DNA from: Haloquadratum walsbyi C23
GTDB taxonomy: Archaea; Halobacteriota; Halobacteria; Halobacteriales; Haloferacaceae
Direction: 5' to 3'
Length of the DNA stretch: 32,000 nucleotides
NCBI RefSeq assembly: GCF_000237865.1
Contig: NC_017459.1
Span: 720,001-752,000 of the forward strand
The stretch's first letter is position 1; every line of letters starts with the position of its first letter. Shown piece by piece: positions 1 to 8,404 of the stretch. Both the position numbers and the translations under genes were made by a program. The notes below the pieces were generated by a model that was not told where the DNA came from, searched no databases, and was given only the letters and a program-made list of their open reading frames with translations.

Positions 1-389
1 CGCCGATTGATCTTGGTCTTTCACAAACTGGTCGCCTTGGGATTATTATGCTGGTGAGTGGTGCTGGAAAAGCTGCTGGAAGCGTCTTTGCCTTTCATCT
101 TGGACAGGAAGTCAAACAATCAGGTCCAGTACTTCAGCTTTTCCAGAATTCATGGTTTGACCTCATTAGTTGGTCTGAGCGTCGAACAGTTGCGCTTGCA
201 CAACAGTGGGGATATGCCGGACTTGCAGCAGCACTCAGCGTTCCTGGATTCCCAGACACAATCTCAATTTATGCGTTTTCGGTACTCGAAGAGGATTATC
301 TGAAATTCGCGCTTGCAACATTCATTGGAAGTATCGGTCGTCTAATAGTGACGGTTATTGGTGTTGGTGCTGTCTCTGCGTTTATTTAA
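1..389 (+). CDS. VTT-domain (DedA/TVP38-type) integral membrane protein, C-terminal part; the 5' end lies upstream of the window
   Basis: Frame 3 is open from nt 3 (PIDLGLSQTGRLGII precedes the first in-window Met at 48) to TAA at 387-389. It has hydrophobic segments, and the block SVPGFPDTISIYAFSVLEEDYLKFALATFIGSIGR resembles the conserved core of DedA/TVP38 proteins. The family call is from motif memory only. Confidence 0.45.
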   Translation, partial: PIDLGLSQTGRLGIIMLVSGAGKAAGSVFAFHLGQEVKQSGPVLQLFQNSWFDLISWSERRTVALAQQWGYAGLAAALSVPGFPDTISIYAFSVLEEDYLKFALATFIGSIGRLIVTVIGVGAVSAFI

Positions 390-527
390 TTCCAGTGAGT
401 AAGCGTTCCACATGCTATCTGATTGATATGATTACTTACGTTTGTGAATCACCCTCAGGTGGGGTTTATTCGTCACTCAAATCAGCGGGATTTTGCCCTT
501 CCCTATATGACTATGAAACAGTATACA

Positions 528-2762
528 ATGAGTAAGATGAATACAGAAACGCAGACACAGACACGTGAGTCATTTCCGACTGACGATCCAGCGGTGGTGA
601 CGTGTGGACTCCCGTATGCGAACGGTGATCTCCATATTGGACATCTTCGGACGTATGTTGGCGGCGATATCTTTAGTCGGGCGCTCAAACGTCTTGGTCA
701 GGAGACGGCGTTCGTATCAGGTTCCGATATGCACGGAACACCAGTCGCGGTGAATGCGGCTGAGGAAGGGGTTACCCCGGAGTCATTTGCACTTCGGCAT
801 CATGAGCAATATGAAACGACCTTCCCTCAATTTGGGATTGAGTTCGATAATTACGGACATACTCATGATGAGACGAATGTTGAAATGACGCGTGAGATTG
901 TCGAAGCATTGATTCAGGCTGGATATGTTTATGAACGAGAGATTCCAGTCGCGTATGACCCAGCAGCCGACCAGTGGCTTCCAGATCGGTTTGTCAATGG
1001 GACCTGTCCATACTGTGGTGCTCACGCACGGGGTGATGAGTGTGATGAGGGTTGTGGGCGACATCTTGAGCCTGGTGAGATCGAAACACCCGTTTCAACG
1101 ATCACTGGGAATGACGCAGAATATCGACGTCGTGAACACCAATTCTTTGCAGTCTCAGAGCTTCAATCATATCTGTCGTCATTTCTTGATCGACTTGAGG
1201 GAACCACAAACGCGCAGAACCAACCCCGAGAATGGGTTGAGGGTGAACTACAGGATTGGTGTATTACGCGCGATATGGACTGGGGAGTGGACTATCCTGA
1301 TGATAACGATCTTGTCCTTTATGTATGGGTTGACGCTCCAATTGAGTACATCTCATCAACAAAGCAATACGCAGAGAGGGTTGGTACTGACTCATTTGAC
1401 TGGAAGAATGCATGGCGTGATATACCGGGTGTGCGCTCTCACTCCTCGTCTTCGGCTAAAGACTCCAGTGAAGGCAACTCTCCATCCAATATCAACAATG
1501 GTGGAGAAATTATCCATATTATCGGCCGAGATATTATCCAACATCATACCGTGTTTTGGCCAGCGATGTTGCATGCAGCTGGATATACAGAACCCCGGGC
1601 TGTGATGGCTTCAGGATTCATTACACTCGAAGGAAAGGGATTTTCGACTTCACGTAATCGTGCTGTATGGGCTGATGAATATCTTGCAGAAGGATTCCAT
1701 CCAGATCTACTCAGATATTATCTTGCGACGAATGGTGGATTCCAACAGGACGTTGATTTCTCTTGGAGTCGCTTTCGCGAACGAGTGAATAATGAACTTG
1801 TTGGAACTGTTGGGAATTTCATCTATCGATCACTGCTCTTCGCTGCGCGTGAATTTGATGGGACACCTGATATCGCGCTTTCTGACTCCGTTGAGGAGCG
1901 CATTGAAACAGCAATTAACGCATTTACTGCAGGCGTCAATGAGTATTCTGTTCGAGCCGTTGGCGATGCAGCAGTCAAACTCGCTCAGTTTGGCAATGAG
2001 TATATTCAACACCATGAGCCATGGAAACTGAGTAATGACGACCCACAGAAACAACAGGTCATGCGCGATTGTATTCAACTTGCAAAGGCAATTGCCGTGT
2101 TGTTTGAGCCGGTAACACCCGCTGCTGCCGAGCGAGTGTGGGCTGATCTCGGAGAATCAGGTGATATTCATACAGTCGGTATCGAATCTGCGCTTGTCGC
2201 ACCACCGCAGACGTTTGATGAGCCAACTGAACTCTTTGAGAAAATCCCTGAAGAACGCGTTGATGAACTCACAGCAAAGCTTGCTGATCGCGTCACCGAC
2301 CCGACCGATGATGATGACAGTGATACAGATACAGAGACAGAGACTGATACAGAGACAGAGACCGGGACTGGGACTGACGTATCCGAAACGACAAATGAAT
2401 CACACTCTGAATCCGATATGACTGAGATTGACCCAATTGCTGATGAGCGAATTGACTTTGAGGAGTTCGAAGAACTCGACCTCCGGGTGGCAGAAATTAT
2501 CGAAACAGAGCCAATCGAAGATGCAGATAAACTCGCTCGTATCGTTGTTGACCTCGGTATTGAACAACGACAACTCGTTGCAGGAATCCGCCAATTACAT
2601 GATCTTGATGATCTCATTGGCGAAACGGTTGTTATTGTTGCAAATCTTGAGAAAGCTGAGATATTCGGTGTTGAGTCAAATGGAATGTTGCTTGCAGCAG
2701 GGGCAGATGCAGACCTTCTTACGACACGTGAGGATGCTGATCCAGGAACATCCATTCAATAG
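528..2762 (+). CDS. metS: methionine--tRNA ligase with a C-terminal Trbp111/EMAP-type tRNA-binding domain
   Basis: HIGH motif (PYANGDLHIGHLRTY), Zn knuckle (CPYCGAHARGDECDEGCG) and a KMSKS variant (GKGFSTSRN). The C-terminal OB domain reads LDLRVAEIIETEPIEDADKLARIVVDLG...VVIVANLEKAEIFGVESNGMLLAA. The ORF opens at 444 (GTG), but ATG 528 (MSKMNTETQ...) just precedes the conserved core, so I prefer it. Confidence 0.93.
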   Translation: MSKMNTETQTQTRESFPTDDPAVVTCGLPYANGDLHIGHLRTYVGGDIFSRALKRLGQETAFVSGSDMHGTPVAVNAAEEGVTPESFALRHHEQYETTFPQFGIEFDNYGHTHDETNVEMTREIVEALIQAGYVYEREIPVAYDPAADQWLPDRFVNGTCPYCGAHARGDECDEGCGRHLEPGEIETPVSTITGNDAEYRRREHQFFAVSELQSYLSSFLDRLEGTTNAQNQPREWVEGELQDWCITRDMDWGVDYPDDNDLVLYVWVDAPIEYISSTKQYAERVGTDSFDWKNAWRDIPGVRSHSSSSAKDSSEGNSPSNINNGGEIIHIIGRDIIQHHTVFWPAMLHAAGYTEPRAVMASGFITLEGKGFSTSRNRAVWADEYLAEGFHPDLLRYYLATNGGFQQDVDFSWSRFRERVNNELVGTVGNFIYRSLLFAAREFDGTPDIALSDSVEERIETAINAFTAGVNEYSVRAVGDAAVKLAQFGNEYIQHHEPWKLSNDDPQKQQVMRDCIQLAKAIAVLFEPVTPAAAERVWADLGESGDIHTVGIESALVAPPQTFDEPTELFEKIPEERVDELTAKLADRVTDPTDDDDSDTDTETETDTETETGTGTDVSETTNESHSESDMTEIDPIADERIDFEEFEELDLRVAEIIETEPIEDADKLARIVVDLGIEQRQLVAGIRQLHDLDDLIGETVVIVANLEKAEIFGVESNGMLLAAGADADLLTTREDADPGTSIQ

Positions 2763-2764
2763 CG

Positions 2765-2807
2765 CCGCTGGATGAGGCGATAAATATCATCAGCGGTCTT
2801 TTTATTC
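2765..2807 (+). terminator. Stem (CCGCTG 2765-2770 / CAGCGG 2791-2796) followed by a T5 run at 2799-2803. It is a likely metS terminator, and its T-rich tract (TTTTTATT 2799-2806) doubles as a TATA-like box about 25 nt before the pykA ATG.
   Basis: The inverted repeat and oligo-T are read directly. Archaeal termination at oligo-T and a leaderless promoter geometry (TATA about 25-30 nt before the start codon) are general knowledge. Only 65 nt separate metS from pykA. Confidence 0.4.
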
Positions 2808-2827
2808 GTTCCCGAGTACACGTTTGC

Positions 2828-4588
2828 ATGCGAAACGCTAAAATCGTCTGTACGCTCGGACCAGCGTCTGACGAACAGTCGACAATTCGGGCTCTCGTCA
2901 ACGCAGGTATGAGTGTTGCCCGGCTTAACGCCAGTCATGGCACACCTGACCATCGACGGTTAGTTATCGATCGAATTAGAAGTGTTGATAAAGTAACTGA
3001 TAAGCCCGTGGCTGCGATGGTTGACTTACAGGGGCCTGAAGTACGGACAGCTCCGTCGTCCGATTCAATATCTATTGATTCAGATAGTGAGATTCGATTC
3101 ACCACCGGTGATGAAATAACCCCTGAGGTAATCGGTCTCTCATATTCAATTGATGCTGTTGACCCTGGTGATACTGTGTTACTTGATGATGGTCGAATCG
3201 AAACAACGGTTCGAAGTGTCGATTCGGATGGTGTCATTGCACATGTCGACTCCGGTGGCGAACTCGGTGGTCGAAAAGGGGTCAATGTCCCGGGCGTCAA
3301 TCTTGATATTGACCTCCTTACTGAGAGCGACCGAGAGGACCTTCGTGTTGCTGCTGAAGCGAATGCTGATTTTGTCGCCGCGTCGTTCGTCCGATCAGCG
3401 GCTGATGTATACATGATCAGCGACGCGCTTGACGCTCTTGGCGGTGATATCCCTGTTGTTGCAAAAATAGAGCGCGCTGGTGCTGTTGAGAATCTTGATG
3501 AGATTATCGATGCAGCCTATGGAATCATGGTCGCACGTGGTGATCTGGGTGTTGAGATGCCACTTGAGGAGGTGCCAGTTATTCAAAAGCGTATTATCAC
3601 CCAATGTCACGACACTGGAACCCCGGTCATCACTGCGACTGAGATGCTTGATTCAATGGTTCAGGCGCGTCGCCCAACGCGTGCAGAGGCTTCAGATGTC
3701 GCCAATGCAGTTCTTGATGGGACCGATGCAGTGATGCTTTCTGGTGAAACAGCAATCGGTGATAACCCTGTCCATGTTGTTGAGACAATGGACAGGATCG
3801 TCCGACAGATCGAATCAAGTGCTGAATATGGTACCACTGAGCAAGAGCATGTTCCGACTGCTGCAGAGAATTCACGCACGGAGGCACTTGCACGGTCAGC
3901 GCGGTATCTTGCTCGTGACGTTGGTGCAAGTGCTATTGTTGCAGCGTCTGAGTCTGGCTATACAGCTCGAAAAACAGCGAAATTTCGTCCGGGAGTACCG
4001 GTTATTGCAATAACACCAAATGACCGTGTTCGTCGACAATTAACGCTTTCATGGGGAGTAGCCTCAACATACTCTGGGTCTCACGGAGATATTGAGGGAA
4101 TGATGGAGGATGCTGTTGATGCAGCGCTTGATGCAAACGTTGCCAGTTCAGGGGATACGATTGTTGTGCTTTCAGGGATGATGACAGAACTTGAAGGGAC
4201 GAATACAACAAATATGCTCAAAGTACACGTTGTTGCTGAAACAATTGCAACTGGACGGAAAGTTGTTGGAGGTCGCACTGCTGGACCACTGGCGACGCCA
4301 ACTGACGGCAGACTTGATGAGATCCCGCATGGAGCAATCCTCGCGCTTCCTGCTGATTTTGATGCTGAATTTGATCATGATGCAGCGATGCTTGGTGGAA
4401 TTATTGATGCACGCCCAGGTATGACCGGCTATCCTGCTGTTATTGCACGCGAACTTGATATTCCGATGATCTCAGGTGCACCATTACCCCCTCAGATCTC
4501 GGATGGCACCGCGATTACAATCCATGCTGAGCGAGGTATTGTATATGAGGGCGATCTCACCCGCTCACATGATCAGGACCGAAACTGA
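2828..4588 (+). CDS. pykA: pyruvate kinase with a C-terminal PEP-utiliser mobile domain
   Basis: Diagnostic blocks are KIVCTLGPAS, LNASHG, VAKIERAGAVENLDEI, MVARGDLGVEMP and ATEMLDSM. The roughly 110-aa C-terminal extension (GGIIDARPGMTGYPAVIARELDIPMISG) matches the swivelling PEP-utiliser domain seen in some bacterial and archaeal pyruvate kinases. Confidence 0.93.
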   Translation: MRNAKIVCTLGPASDEQSTIRALVNAGMSVARLNASHGTPDHRRLVIDRIRSVDKVTDKPVAAMVDLQGPEVRTAPSSDSISIDSDSEIRFTTGDEITPEVIGLSYSIDAVDPGDTVLLDDGRIETTVRSVDSDGVIAHVDSGGELGGRKGVNVPGVNLDIDLLTESDREDLRVAAEANADFVAASFVRSAADVYMISDALDALGGDIPVVAKIERAGAVENLDEIIDAAYGIMVARGDLGVEMPLEEVPVIQKRIITQCHDTGTPVITATEMLDSMVQARRPTRAEASDVANAVLDGTDAVMLSGETAIGDNPVHVVETMDRIVRQIESSAEYGTTEQEHVPTAAENSRTEALARSARYLARDVGASAIVAASESGYTARKTAKFRPGVPVIAITPNDRVRRQLTLSWGVASTYSGSHGDIEGMMEDAVDAALDANVASSGDTIVVLSGMMTELEGTNTTNMLKVHVVAETIATGRKVVGGRTAGPLATPTDGRLDEIPHGAILALPADFDAEFDHDAAMLGGIIDARPGMTGYPAVIARELDIPMISGAPLPPQISDGTAITIHAERGIVYEGDLTRSHDQDRN

Positions 4589-4676
4589 TACCATTCCAAA
4601 GTAATGGTCTAATCAATGAATTGAGCTGTGTATGCTGTCGGAAAGTAATAAATATAGACACAGATATGGCTGTATT

Positions 4677-4696
4677 CCTCCGCGTTCACGCGGAGG
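4677..4696. other. Perfect GC-rich hairpin: 8-bp stem CCTCCGCG/CGCGGAGG with loop TTCA, in the pykA-downstream spacer
   Basis: Read directly from the sequence. It is embedded in otherwise A/T-rich non-coding DNA (4589-4854) and is not followed by a T-run. Confidence 0.6.
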
Positions 4697-4857
4697 AGGA
4701 GGTCAATCTCTAGTGTTCTCACTTGGAGTATACAACGCTTACCAGCAGGAATATATGCAGGTCTTCTCAGTTATCTCTCGGCTTTAGATTTGAAATAAGA
4801 CACTAACACTACACGGCAGACAGACTCTTCGAGATATACCCGGCAGATGTTTTTGTG

Positions 4858-5124
4858 ATGACCATCTATTTAGAGACAATGACAGATGACAATCAGCCTG
4901 ATACCACCTCTCGTTCCGATTCAGAACCAGTAAGTGCGTATACGATAGAGAATGAGGATAATACTAACTCCACTGATGATACTGCATTCGAACCCGAAGC
5001 AGTCGCGGAACCAGAGCCAATTGAGCCTGAACGCCCGATTCCTGAGCACGTCCTCTTTGTTGCTCTTGGTGTGCTTGGAACCCTCGGACTACTTGTCTCA
5101 ACGATTGTACCGAATCTAATCTAA
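4858..5124 (+). CDS. small acidic tail-anchored membrane protein (hypothetical)
   Basis: An 88-aa ORF with an acidic N-terminal two-thirds (DDNQPDTTSRSDSEP...EPEPIEPERP) and a single C-terminal TM (HVLFVALGVLGTLGLLVSTIV). The composition fits the proteome. I recognise no family. Confidence 0.4.
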   Translation: MTIYLETMTDDNQPDTTSRSDSEPVSAYTIENEDNTNSTDDTAFEPEAVAEPEPIEPERPIPEHVLFVALGVLGTLGLLVSTIVPNLI

Positions 5125-5299
5125 TCGATCTTGTGATGGGTCTATACTTTCAGTTGTATCGTCGTTTTTTATAGCTCATCTATCGAGAACATCGTATATC
5201 CTGCATCCCAACTTTTGAGTTCCAGTGTTTGAGCAGAAGCCGATTCAATGCATCACCCTGTGCGCAACCGTTTAACACTCGCACATCTAATTATCTACT

Positions 5300-6007
5300 A
5301 TGGTAACTCAGGCGATCTCCGTCGTCGCACAACTGTCGTTGCCGGCGGAGACGCTGTCATTACTGCTCATTACGGCAGGTCTTGGATTGAGTATTCTTGA
5401 GGCATTTGCCCCTGGTGCGCATTTTGTTGTTCTTGGGGTGTCGTTACTAGCGACTGGACTCGTTGGTTTGCTTCTTGGAACTGCGTCGCCGCTTGTTCTC
5501 AGCGGGCTTGTCGTCTTATTTGGTGCCGCTGCGCTTCTTGGCTATCGAGAATTCGACATATATGGCACAACCGGGTCCGAACAAACAAGCGATTCAAATA
5601 GCCTCACAGGAACATATGGTCGTGTTACTGAACGCGTGACACCAACGCAAGGGCAGGTCAAACTTGATGCTGGCGGATTTGACCCATACTACAGTGCTCG
5701 CTCGGTTGATGATGAGCTTACTGCTGGGACTGAAGTCGTCGTTGTTGACCCTGGTGGAGGCAACGTTCTCACTGTGGAGCCACTTGTTGGTGGTGTTGAT
5801 GAAATCGATCGTGCACTCGCCACAGAGCAAGCAAATCGAGAGACTACGAATAGTGAAAATGAAGACCCGACCCCGACCCCGACCCCAAATTCGAATGTGA
5901 CTCAGACCGATGACACACAGTCTGATGAGCAACGAGACTCTGAGTCTGAATCAGGTCTTGAGTCTGAATCTGAGCGCGAGCGCGAACGCGAGCCTGATCT
6001 GTCCTAA
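5300..6007 (+). CDS. NfeD-family membrane protein (N-terminal TM bundle plus C-terminal OB-fold) with an acidic repeat tail
   Basis: Three to four N-terminal TM segments are followed by the NfeD C-domain pattern GTYGRVTERVTPTQGQVKLDAGG...YSARSVDDELTAGTEVVVVDPGGGNVLTVEP. The tail reads DPTPTPTPNS...SESESGLESESEREREREPDLS. Confidence 0.75.
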   Translation: MVTQAISVVAQLSLPAETLSLLLITAGLGLSILEAFAPGAHFVVLGVSLLATGLVGLLLGTASPLVLSGLVVLFGAAALLGYREFDIYGTTGSEQTSDSNSLTGTYGRVTERVTPTQGQVKLDAGGFDPYYSARSVDDELTAGTEVVVVDPGGGNVLTVEPLVGGVDEIDRALATEQANRETTNSENEDPTPTPTPNSNVTQTDDTQSDEQRDSESESGLESESEREREREPDLS

Positions 6008-6167
6008 CTTCAACACAAGTGAGATAGTTGATGACTCAACCCTCATTATTCTCGACGAGCTGTAATAACTGGATTACTGATATGTTATTTATAGAGTCTT
6101 GTGTCTCAGTCATCGTCACAACAGCAATCGGCAATATCACCACTGGTTTCATACTCCCAGATCGCTC

Positions 6168-6854
6168 TTAATCTCCAACTCGACCGACTATTGGTCGCCA
6201 GTACAATAGAGCAATCGTCAATATGAACACGATAGTCGATACATCGTATGAGAAATCAACTGCAATCGCAGCAACGGCTGACCCACCGCCAAGCACACCG
6301 GAGAGTACTGACGCAATAACCGGCCATGAGCAAGACACACATGAGAGTAATCCAACGATACCTGAAATAGCTGCCCTGGCAGCATCAATAACCGTTGCAT
6401 AAACCAGATACGTCAACGCAAGATACCCAACAATACGTGCGGGCATCAATACTACTGCTCCTATTGGAGTTGTGATAATCGGTGCAGGACCCCAACCTGG
6501 AAGTAACGTCGCAACACGAATACCAAATGATTGGGTGAGCGCATTTGCTGCATTTCCACCGGTTGTGATAATCACACCGCCAACGATGCTAAGAATACTC
6601 AAATATACTATTGCAACAATAGTTGCCCGTCGACGCGTTCGCGCATCGGCTGATGCAGGGTTTGTTTTCCAGATAACAATCGCCCCAACGAATATCCATA
6701 GAAGCCCATAGATCGTGTACCGTGGTTGTGTTATCGTGATATCAGCAATCAGTAGATAGCCAAGCGCAAGACAAATTAATGAATTTCCAAGAAGCGTTGC
6801 ATAGACAAGGTCTTGTGTTCGCTGTGTCGTTCTGAATGCTTTTTCAACAGACAC
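6168..6854 (-). CDS. polytopic membrane protein with an intramembrane Cys-Val-Ser-Cys motif, coupled to the ctaA/ctaB gene
   Basis: A 228-aa ORF with about 7 TM segments. Its GTG start (6852-6854) lies 1 nt after the ctaB stop (TAA 6856-6858). The motif GLLSCVSCSWPVIA is encoded at 6324-6353. I recognise no family. Confidence 0.6.
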   Translation of the reverse strand: MSVEKAFRTTQRTQDLVYATLLGNSLICLALGYLLIADITITQPRYTIYGLLWIFVGAIVIWKTNPASADARTRRRATIVAIVYLSILSIVGGVIITTGGNAANALTQSFGIRVATLLPGWGPAPIITTPIGAVVLMPARIVGYLALTYLVYATVIDAARAAISGIVGLLSCVSCSWPVIASVLSGVLGGGSAVAAIAVDFSYDVSTIVFILTIALLYWRPIVGRVGD

Positions 6855-6855
6855 A

Positions 6856-8337
6856 TTAAATCACCAATGTGTCGAAGACAATTGCAATCAGGACCGCTCC
6901 CAGATATGCGTTTGAGGCATGGAATGAATGGAATGCAGCAGCCTTCGTCTGCTCATAGTGGAGTTTGATAGCGAAATATAGAAACACTGCTCCAAAGACG
7001 ATACTCGCAACTGCGTATACAATACCAAGTGCCTCTATTGTTGCAAGTCCTCCAGCAGCAACAAGCGTTAGTGCAAGCCAACAAATGACGTGTTTTCGTG
7101 TTTCTGTTTCTCCGCGAACAACCGGCATCATCGGGAATCCTCCTCGTTCATAATCCTCCTTATACGCTAGTGCAAGATTGTAGAAGTGTGCTGGGGTCCA
7201 TAGGAAAATGACCGTCGCGAGTGCAAGACCACCAAATCCAATATCTCCAGTCACAGCTACCCATCCAATAAGTGCTGGAAGTGCTCCTGCAGCACCCCCA
7301 ATGACGGTGTTTTGGACGGTGTTCGGTTTGAGTAAAAGCGTATATACAACACTATAAAAGACAATTGCAACTCCGCCAAGTATAGCCGCAAGCATGTTTA
7401 CCCACGAAAACAAGACAATTGAGATGACTGTGAGTAGTATCCCAAATGCAATTGCATTCCAGACTGGAACAAGATCAGTCGCTAATGGTCTATCACTCGT
7501 TCGCTGCATCCGACGGTCGACATCACGTTCAAGAACATGATTAAACGTTCCAGAGGCTCCAATCGAGAGAACACCACCACCAAGCGTCGCAAGCGCAATC
7601 CCTGGTGTCAATTGACCTGTCGTTGTTGCCCCAAGAGTCATTCCAGCCGAGGCAACAAGACAGAGGAGCCACATCAGTCGTGGTTTTGTCAATCGGATGT
7701 ATGCGCGTAGAGTCGCAAGAAGTCGATCTCGGGGATCTGTTGGGAGGTCTGGGTCATATTCAGACGCCGGCGGAAGGTCTTGATCTGGCTCTGGTTTCGA
7801 TGGTGTTGTTTGCGTTTCTGTTGGATCACCGGTTTCAGTCTCAAGTGACCATGCAAGTGCAATCGCCAGTGTCAGAAAGATACCCAGTCCACCAATAAGA
7901 TGAATAATCGAAAGTGTCAGATCTGGACCCTGAACCGCGACAACCGCCCCAACGGCTGCTTGAATTGGATATAAAAAGCTCCCGACTGCAACTGTCATGA
8001 GAACACGTCGTTCGATTTGCTCACGTATACCAACGCCGAGTGTTACAACAGCACAAATCCCAATAATTACTGCAATAACTCGATGTCCGACTGCAAGCCA
8101 TCCAATGGCTGACCTTGGCGTTGCCCAGCCGTTTCCGCATATCGGCCATGCAGCACATGCCGCAGCGGCATCAGTCACAGCCGTTGTTACACCAACCAAT
8201 ACAAGCAGGTACACACCCATTGCCGTCCCCGCAAGTAATCCATGAAATCGTCTTATATCTATTGCAGATGTCGTGGTCGCCGTTTGTTCAGCCACCAATG
8301 TCACCGATGAAGGTTTGATTTTGACGATACTTATCAC
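6856..8337 (-). CDS. ctaB: protoheme IX farnesyltransferase (heme O synthase, UbiA family) fused to an N-terminal short CtaA/COX15-like 4-TM domain
   Basis: The C-terminal half carries UbiA motifs (NHVLERDVDRRMQRTSDRPLA; FLWTPAHFYNLALAYKEDY). The N-terminal roughly 170 aa has a Cys pair plus His residues typical of heme A synthase (CAAWPICGNGW, VGHRV, IIHLIGG). The two halves are joined by an acidic Thr/Pro linker. Confidence 0.85.
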   Translation of the reverse strand: MISIVKIKPSSVTLVAEQTATTTSAIDIRRFHGLLAGTAMGVYLLVLVGVTTAVTDAAAACAAWPICGNGWATPRSAIGWLAVGHRVIAVIIGICAVVTLGVGIREQIERRVLMTVAVGSFLYPIQAAVGAVVAVQGPDLTLSIIHLIGGLGIFLTLAIALAWSLETETGDPTETQTTPSKPEPDQDLPPASEYDPDLPTDPRDRLLATLRAYIRLTKPRLMWLLCLVASAGMTLGATTTGQLTPGIALATLGGGVLSIGASGTFNHVLERDVDRRMQRTSDRPLATDLVPVWNAIAFGILLTVISIVLFSWVNMLAAILGGVAIVFYSVVYTLLLKPNTVQNTVIGGAAGALPALIGWVAVTGDIGFGGLALATVIFLWTPAHFYNLALAYKEDYERGGFPMMPVVRGETETRKHVICWLALTLVAAGGLATIEALGIVYAVASIVFGAVFLYFAIKLHYEQTKAAAFHSFHASNAYLGAVLIAIVFDTLVI

Positions 8338-8373
8338 CCCCGCTTCGATAAGATGCGCTTGAAAGACAGCAAC

Positions 8374-8380
8374 TATTTAT
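8374..8380 (+). promoter_or_regulatory. TATA-like box (TATTTAT) about 28 nt upstream of the coxB ATG, in the 67-nt ctaB/coxB divergent spacer
   Basis: Position is relative to ATG 8405. The spacing fits a leaderless haloarchaeal transcript. Confidence 0.35.
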
Positions 8381-8404
8381 GCATCTCACACAAAGCTCTC
8401 TGCG

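Noticed and set aside
925-1605. 226-aa alternative-frame plus-strand ORF inside metS
   Set aside because: It is out of frame with the motif-bearing MetRS frame, and its composition is basic and Cys/His-rich.
2168-2755. 195-aa minus-strand ORF antisense to metS
   Set aside because: It is Ser/Arg-rich, the typical mirror image of an Asp/Glu/Thr-rich coding strand. It lies entirely inside a well-supported gene.
5218-5231. GTTCCAGTGTTTGA (and TTCCAGTGAG near 390) resembling the core of archaeal origin-recognition boxes
   Set aside because: These are only partial matches to GTTCCAGTGGAAA. They are single, not arranged as inverted pairs around an A/T-rich unwinding element, and no orc/cdc6 gene is nearby.
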